From the human T2T-CHM13v2.0 reference genome, Homo sapiens: a stretch of DNA of 64,000 bases. Below are positions 59,040 to 64,000 of the stretch, in pieces. Position numbers and translations under genes: made by a program. Below the pieces are notes generated by a model. That model was not told the DNA's origin, searched no databases, and saw nothing but the letters and a program-made list of their open reading frames with translations. The stretch is from NCBI RefSeq assembly GCF_009914755.1, contig NC_060934.1. The stretch is one strand, 5' to 3'. Each line of letters begins with the position of its first letter. Position 1 is the stretch's first letter.

Positions 59040-60535
59040 TGTTTTTTCAAGTGGAGTTTAAAAATTTTTCCATTTCAATTGTTGGTTGCCATTACACAGA
59101 AAAAAAATAATTTTTGTATATTGACCTTGTGTTTTTTGACCTTGCTGAATTCAATTAATAGTTCTATGTTTCTTTTTTAGATTCATTGAAATTTTTTCAC
59201 GAATAATCATGTCATTTAAGAATAGAGACAGTTAATTTTTGCTTTTTAATATTTATGTCATTTATTATTTTTTTCTTGCCCTATTACCCAAGCAAAGTTC
59301 TCCAGTGAAATTTAAATGAAGATCAGAATACCAAACATTTTTGCATTGTTCACAATGTTAGGGAAAGGGATTAATATTTCACCATTAAACATGATTAGTT
59401 ACAGCATTTTCCTAGATGCCTCTTATCTGACTGAGGTTCTTCCCTTGTATTTCATGTTTTCTGAGATTCTTCTTAATGAATAATTGCTGTTTTTCTTTTC
59501 AAATTTATTTTATATATCTATTGAGATGGTTATTTAATTTTCATCATTTTTCTATTTATCTAAAATATTTAATTGATTTCAAAATCTTAAACTAACCTCA
59601 AATTCCTGAGAAAAATTTTACTTATTTTGAGGGATTTCTTTTACAATGATGCGTTTAATTTCTTTATAGTTTAGAATATTTTGCATTCTTAATGATGTTT
59701 GCCTCAGGACTTTGGGTCTGCTGCAGCTTTTTTGAAATGCTTTGTTAGGTTTTGTCAATGGCTTATGTTAGCCTCTTAAAGCTAGTTAAGGTGAGTTCTT
59801 TTCTGTTCTCTTTTCAGAATTACTTTGTTTAAGATTGGTATTATTTCTGCTATTCATAAATGATAAAATTTACTATTAAAACTACTTGGTCTAGGAGATT
59901 CCTATGTGGAAAATTTTTTATTGTAAGATCAATTGCTTTAATAGATACAGAGCTATCGAGACTTTTTATTTCATCTTGAGAATATTATTTCATTAGAACT
60001 TCTGTACTTCTAATTGGTTACATTTGTAGTAACATTATAAAATCTACAGTGACATCCTCATTTTATTACCCATATTGGTAAATTTTGTCTTACCCCTTCA
60101 TTTATTGACTAGTAAAGAGAAACAAGTTTTGTCTTTGCCAACTTTCTGTATTGCTTGTTTCTATTTTTTAATAATTTATCTTCTTATATTTATTATATTT
60201 TTCCTTCTAATTACTTGGAGATTAGCTTTTAATGTTTATATCACTTATTTCTTTGATTCTAATATAACCATACAAAATTGTCCATTCTCTTCCAAACACT
60301 GCTTTTGCTCTGTCCCAAAAAGTTTGAAATCCATCTACATTTGTCTGTCTTGGTGAACATTTCACCTGAAAAAAAAAAGTGTGTAAATTGCCATTTTGAA
60401 TGTCGTGTTCTATAAATCACAATTAAATTAATGTAGTTGATAGTATCATTAATTTCTCTTATATACTTACTAATATTTTGCCCAGTAATTCTAGTCTGTT
60501 AGACAATTGTAACTATATTTGCCTATTTTCCCTTT
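59040..60535 (-). mobile_element. Ancient L1ME/L1M5 ORF2 fragments
   Basis: 'tttttgtatattgaccttgtg...accttgctgaattc', 'atatttcaccattaaacatgat'. Confidence 0.7.
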
Positions 60536-60544
60536 AGTCAGATG

Positions 60545-60945
60545 AGACAGGAGCTGAAGTCAGAGAGAATTAAAGCATGTTCTCAACTCACTCTCACTGG
60601 AGGAAGACACATAGAAAGCTTAAGAATGCAGGCAGAATTCAGGAGCAAAACCAGCCTTCACCTGACAGCTAACAAGGAAATGTGGACATTTGCCCTACAA
60701 TCATAAGGAAATAAATATGGTCAACTACTTGAATGAGCTTGGAAGTTGATTCTTGCCCTCAGCCTCCGGTAACCATTGTAGTCCTTGTAAAATCTTGATT
60801 TTAATATTTTTAGATTGTAAGCAGTAGATCCAGTTGAGTCCACTCAGACTTCTGACCTACAGAAAGTGTGAGATAATACGTTTCTGTTGTTTTAAGCCAG
60901 TAGGTTTACAGCAATTTGTTATAGCAACATTGGAAAACTAATAAA
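60545..60945 (+). mobile_element. MLT1D/E-like LTR 3' part
   Basis: 'tgaatgagcttggaag', 'cagacttctgacctacagaa...tgttgttttaagcc...gaaaactaata'. Confidence 0.8.
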
Positions 60946-61835
60946 GATTTTGATATGGAGAAATTTTAAAAATCTGAAAATTAAGATAATGAAGTAAATT
61001 AATGCAAAAACAAAAATGCCTATTCTACTTGGGGTCTTGGAATAAACAGAAGAAAAGAAATACTTTAACAAGATATTACATTATAAAAAAGATAAGACCA
61101 AATGGAATATAATATTTTGAAATGCATACAAGACCAAATTAATAAATCGAGAGCTAAACACAAAGAAAATGAAATTTTATCTCCATTAAAATCTTATAAC
61201 TACTAGTTTAAATAATGCATTCACTGCTTTGAGTTAAACCTTTAATGATATGGCAACTGATGAGAATTACATACTGCATTACATTAGAGTATCTTTGAGA
61301 TTGCATCTCCTAACATGTAGATGTCAGGAGGCTCTTACTTGTTTAACAGATTATGTTTTGGGCATAGAAAAACCAAAAGGCTCTCTCCAGAACACAACTT
61401 GTACTTCTTATTTTCATTGTTTTTTAACATATTCAGGCTTTGTCCTAGAGTATTATCCTTTTACAGGTAATAGTTCATTATCACTTCAATATTACGTTTT
61501 CTAATCTAAATACTGGGAGAGAATAGGTGCTACCTGGAAGAAAATTTCTACATTGACACAGGAACCCTATATTTATGCTTAATTGAACTAAATCAAAGTT
61601 ATTTTCAATTAATTCATTCTTAGTATGAATGAATATTCTACCATTATGCCAACAGGCAGAACAATTTTGCAGCGGTGCTTTGGGAAAATGAAGAGTGAAG
61701 AAAATGGCATTTCTTCTTGCCAGAGGTTGTTTCCACTAAAAATGGCTCACTTTTAGTTTTAAATTGGTTTCATTAATTGAAACATGACTTATTCTTTTTA
61801 AAATCAAACAGACTTCTAGAATAACTCCCTTGATA

Positions 61836-62072
61836 GGCAGAATAGCTAAAGAGCTATGAAAATGGGTGCTGGAGCCAGACTGTACAGGTTTGAATCCTAA
61901 CTATATAATTATCTGTGTAACAATGGGCTATTCACCTCCTCTTGCTTGTTTCCTCTTATACAAAATGGAGACAATAGTAGCATCTACTTTATAGAGTTGC
62001 TGTGAGGATTAAATGAAATAACAGAACATGTAAAGTTAACATAGCATGCTTTCATTAAAATTAATTATTACA
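61836..62072 (+). mobile_element. MIR
   Basis: 'ctggagccagactgtacaggtttgaatcc...gttgctgtgaggattaaatgaaataa'. Confidence 0.85.
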
Positions 62073-62504
62073 ATCATTCTTTCAGAAAATTTCCTTTTTT
62101 ATTTGAATCATCCATCTAAAAACTTATGGTGTAGTCTCATCCAACCCCTTTCAAAAGCTACACTTCATAATTATCACTAATCTTTCAAGTGGCCCGTGCA
62201 AGCTGATGAAACTCATTAATCTCTAAACAGAACTAGTTCATTGTACTTTCTTGCTTTTATAAATGCCTTTGACTCTATCTTCAATTTCCTTCTTTTCTCC
62301 ACCTACCTGTGTTCTATTCTTATTAGTCTTAAGTTTAAAAAAAAATCTACTTTTCATGAAAGCCTTTCCTAATTCTCTCTCTCTAACCCACATCCTCTCA
62401 ACATGTGAATTTTATATAGTTACTTCAGTTTTTTCCCCTTTAATTAAATTTTATATTCTTGAAAGAACAGATTTATTTATTTTACTTTACCACATCATCT
62501 TAGG

Positions 62505-62848
62505 CAGTGCTTCCCAACCTTTTGGCACCAGGGACCTCTTTTGTGGAAGACAATTTTTCCAGGGACAGGGGTGGTGGGGGGATGGCTTTAGGATGAAACT
62601 GTTCCACCTCAGATCATCAGGCATTAGTTAGATTCTCATAAGGAGCCTGCAACCCAGACCCCTTGCAGCATAGTTCACTATAGGGATTGTAGTTTTATGA
62701 GAATCTAATGCCACTGCTGATGTGAGAGGAGGAGGATCTCAGACAGCAATGCTTGCTTGCCCTCTGCTACTCACCTCCTGCTATCCCAGCCAGTTCCTAG
62801 CTGGTCATGGATCAGTACCCCCTGTGGTTCTGTGGTTGGGAACGCCTG
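62505..62848. mobile_element. MER1B (hAT-Charlie MITE), apparently within an L2 remnant
   Basis: TIRs cagtgcttcccaacc / ggttgggaacgcctg; 8-bp TSD (a/c)tcttagg. Confidence 0.92.
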
Positions 62849-63842
62849 CTCTTAGGTATTTCTTACAGGTGCTAAATTAATAAAAATACATGGTAGAAAC
62901 TTTCTGATTTCTTATATAAAATGCCTTAGCATTATATGTATGGAAAATGCTATCCACAATGTTTATATATTCTTTGTTGATATCACAATTGCCTTTTGAA
63001 ATGTCATATCCTCATTAACATCTCAACACTTTCCTCTAGTAATAGTGAAAACAAATCATTGAACTTTGGAAAGTGCACAAAATATTATATATTTTATTTT
63101 TAGGTAAGATTAGAAGCGCCAAAAAGGCTATTTCTCCTAAACATCTGGTTGTTTGTGGTCCAGAGTCCATCTCAGAACTATAAGATGAACATTGTTTTCA
63201 TCACTTTTGGGCCTATTTACTCTATCAACCATCAGTTTATACTCTACAATTTAATGGATATCCCGCTAGCAATTAAAATAAATAAAACATGGCTTAGTTA
63301 ACTGCTTATATTGGGTCTCATATGTCCTTCACATTGCTAGAAAGCATCATTTGCATTTTAGGAAGCTTCTCTTTTATAATTTTCCCACCTTGGGTAAAGT
63401 CTGAATGGCTATTCAGTTGATACCTTATTCTCCTAATACCTCATTCCTATTGTTAATGAAGTTGAATGTCTAATCTCAGACTTATTTTTAACATAGTCAA
63501 TGTTGCATCAAAAAATGTTTATAAGAGCAATGGAGGATAAAGTGCCTGCACTCCCAAGTAGAAAATTGTCTCTATTTTATCTATCAGTTTAGCTCCAGAA
63601 AATAAGTTAATTGGAAATTGTAAAATCTGTTGTGTGATAAGGTCATCAGCTTTACCTTGTTAACTTAATGACTATAAAATTATAGCTGTGTTAAAATGTT
63701 TTATTTACTCATGTCCAATAAAGGTAGACATTTAAAATAATTGAAATGATTGGGCATATCACATTAAAGGTTTTGGGGAGTTTGACATTCCTCAGCAAAT
63801 TATTATAGCATATGGTCTGGATCTTTGTGTCCATATATATAT

Positions 63843-63985
63843 CATATTCAAGTGCACATATTTTTGGTCACCTGTTATCTGCTGAATGTATGCCAGGGAC
63901 TGAGAAAACAAAAGAAAATTACATATTTTTCAGAAACTTCCTGTGTAGAAGGGAGGTAAATGAGTGTAAGTATGTGCTATGTTAA
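63843..63985 (-). mobile_element. L2 3' fragment
   Basis: 'catattcaagtgcacatattt...tatgccagggactgagaaaacaaa'. Confidence 0.5.
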
Positions 63986-64000
63986 TGGTTAAGGTCTGGT

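Overview
Human genomic DNA: Alu, L1PA/PB/M, MaLR/ERV1 LTR, MIR, L2 and MER/Tigger elements are present, plus a human-specific L1HS-Ta 3' end. The window is AT-rich and L1-dense, like gene-desert or large-intron sequence. I found no supportable host protein-coding exon, RNA gene or CRISPR array. The supplied ORFs are decayed L1 ORF1/ORF2 pieces, Alu/LTR read-throughs or chance AT-rich frames. Most of the window is nested, fragmented transposons; subfamily names come from recalled consensus sequences, and boundaries are approximate unless a TSD is quoted. I cannot support a new biological system here. The most unusual signals are: (i) a perfect 49-bp-arm inverted repeat built from locally recopied pieces in non-repeat DNA (41194-41328); (ii) a very short L1HS-Ta insertion with an almost absent TSD (50760-51081); (iii) further perfect hairpins and templated-insertion scars; (iv) datable nesting/deletion structures (MSTA inside AluJ; MLT1E>L1MA2>THE1 collapsed by a deletion; two L1s fused tail-to-tail).
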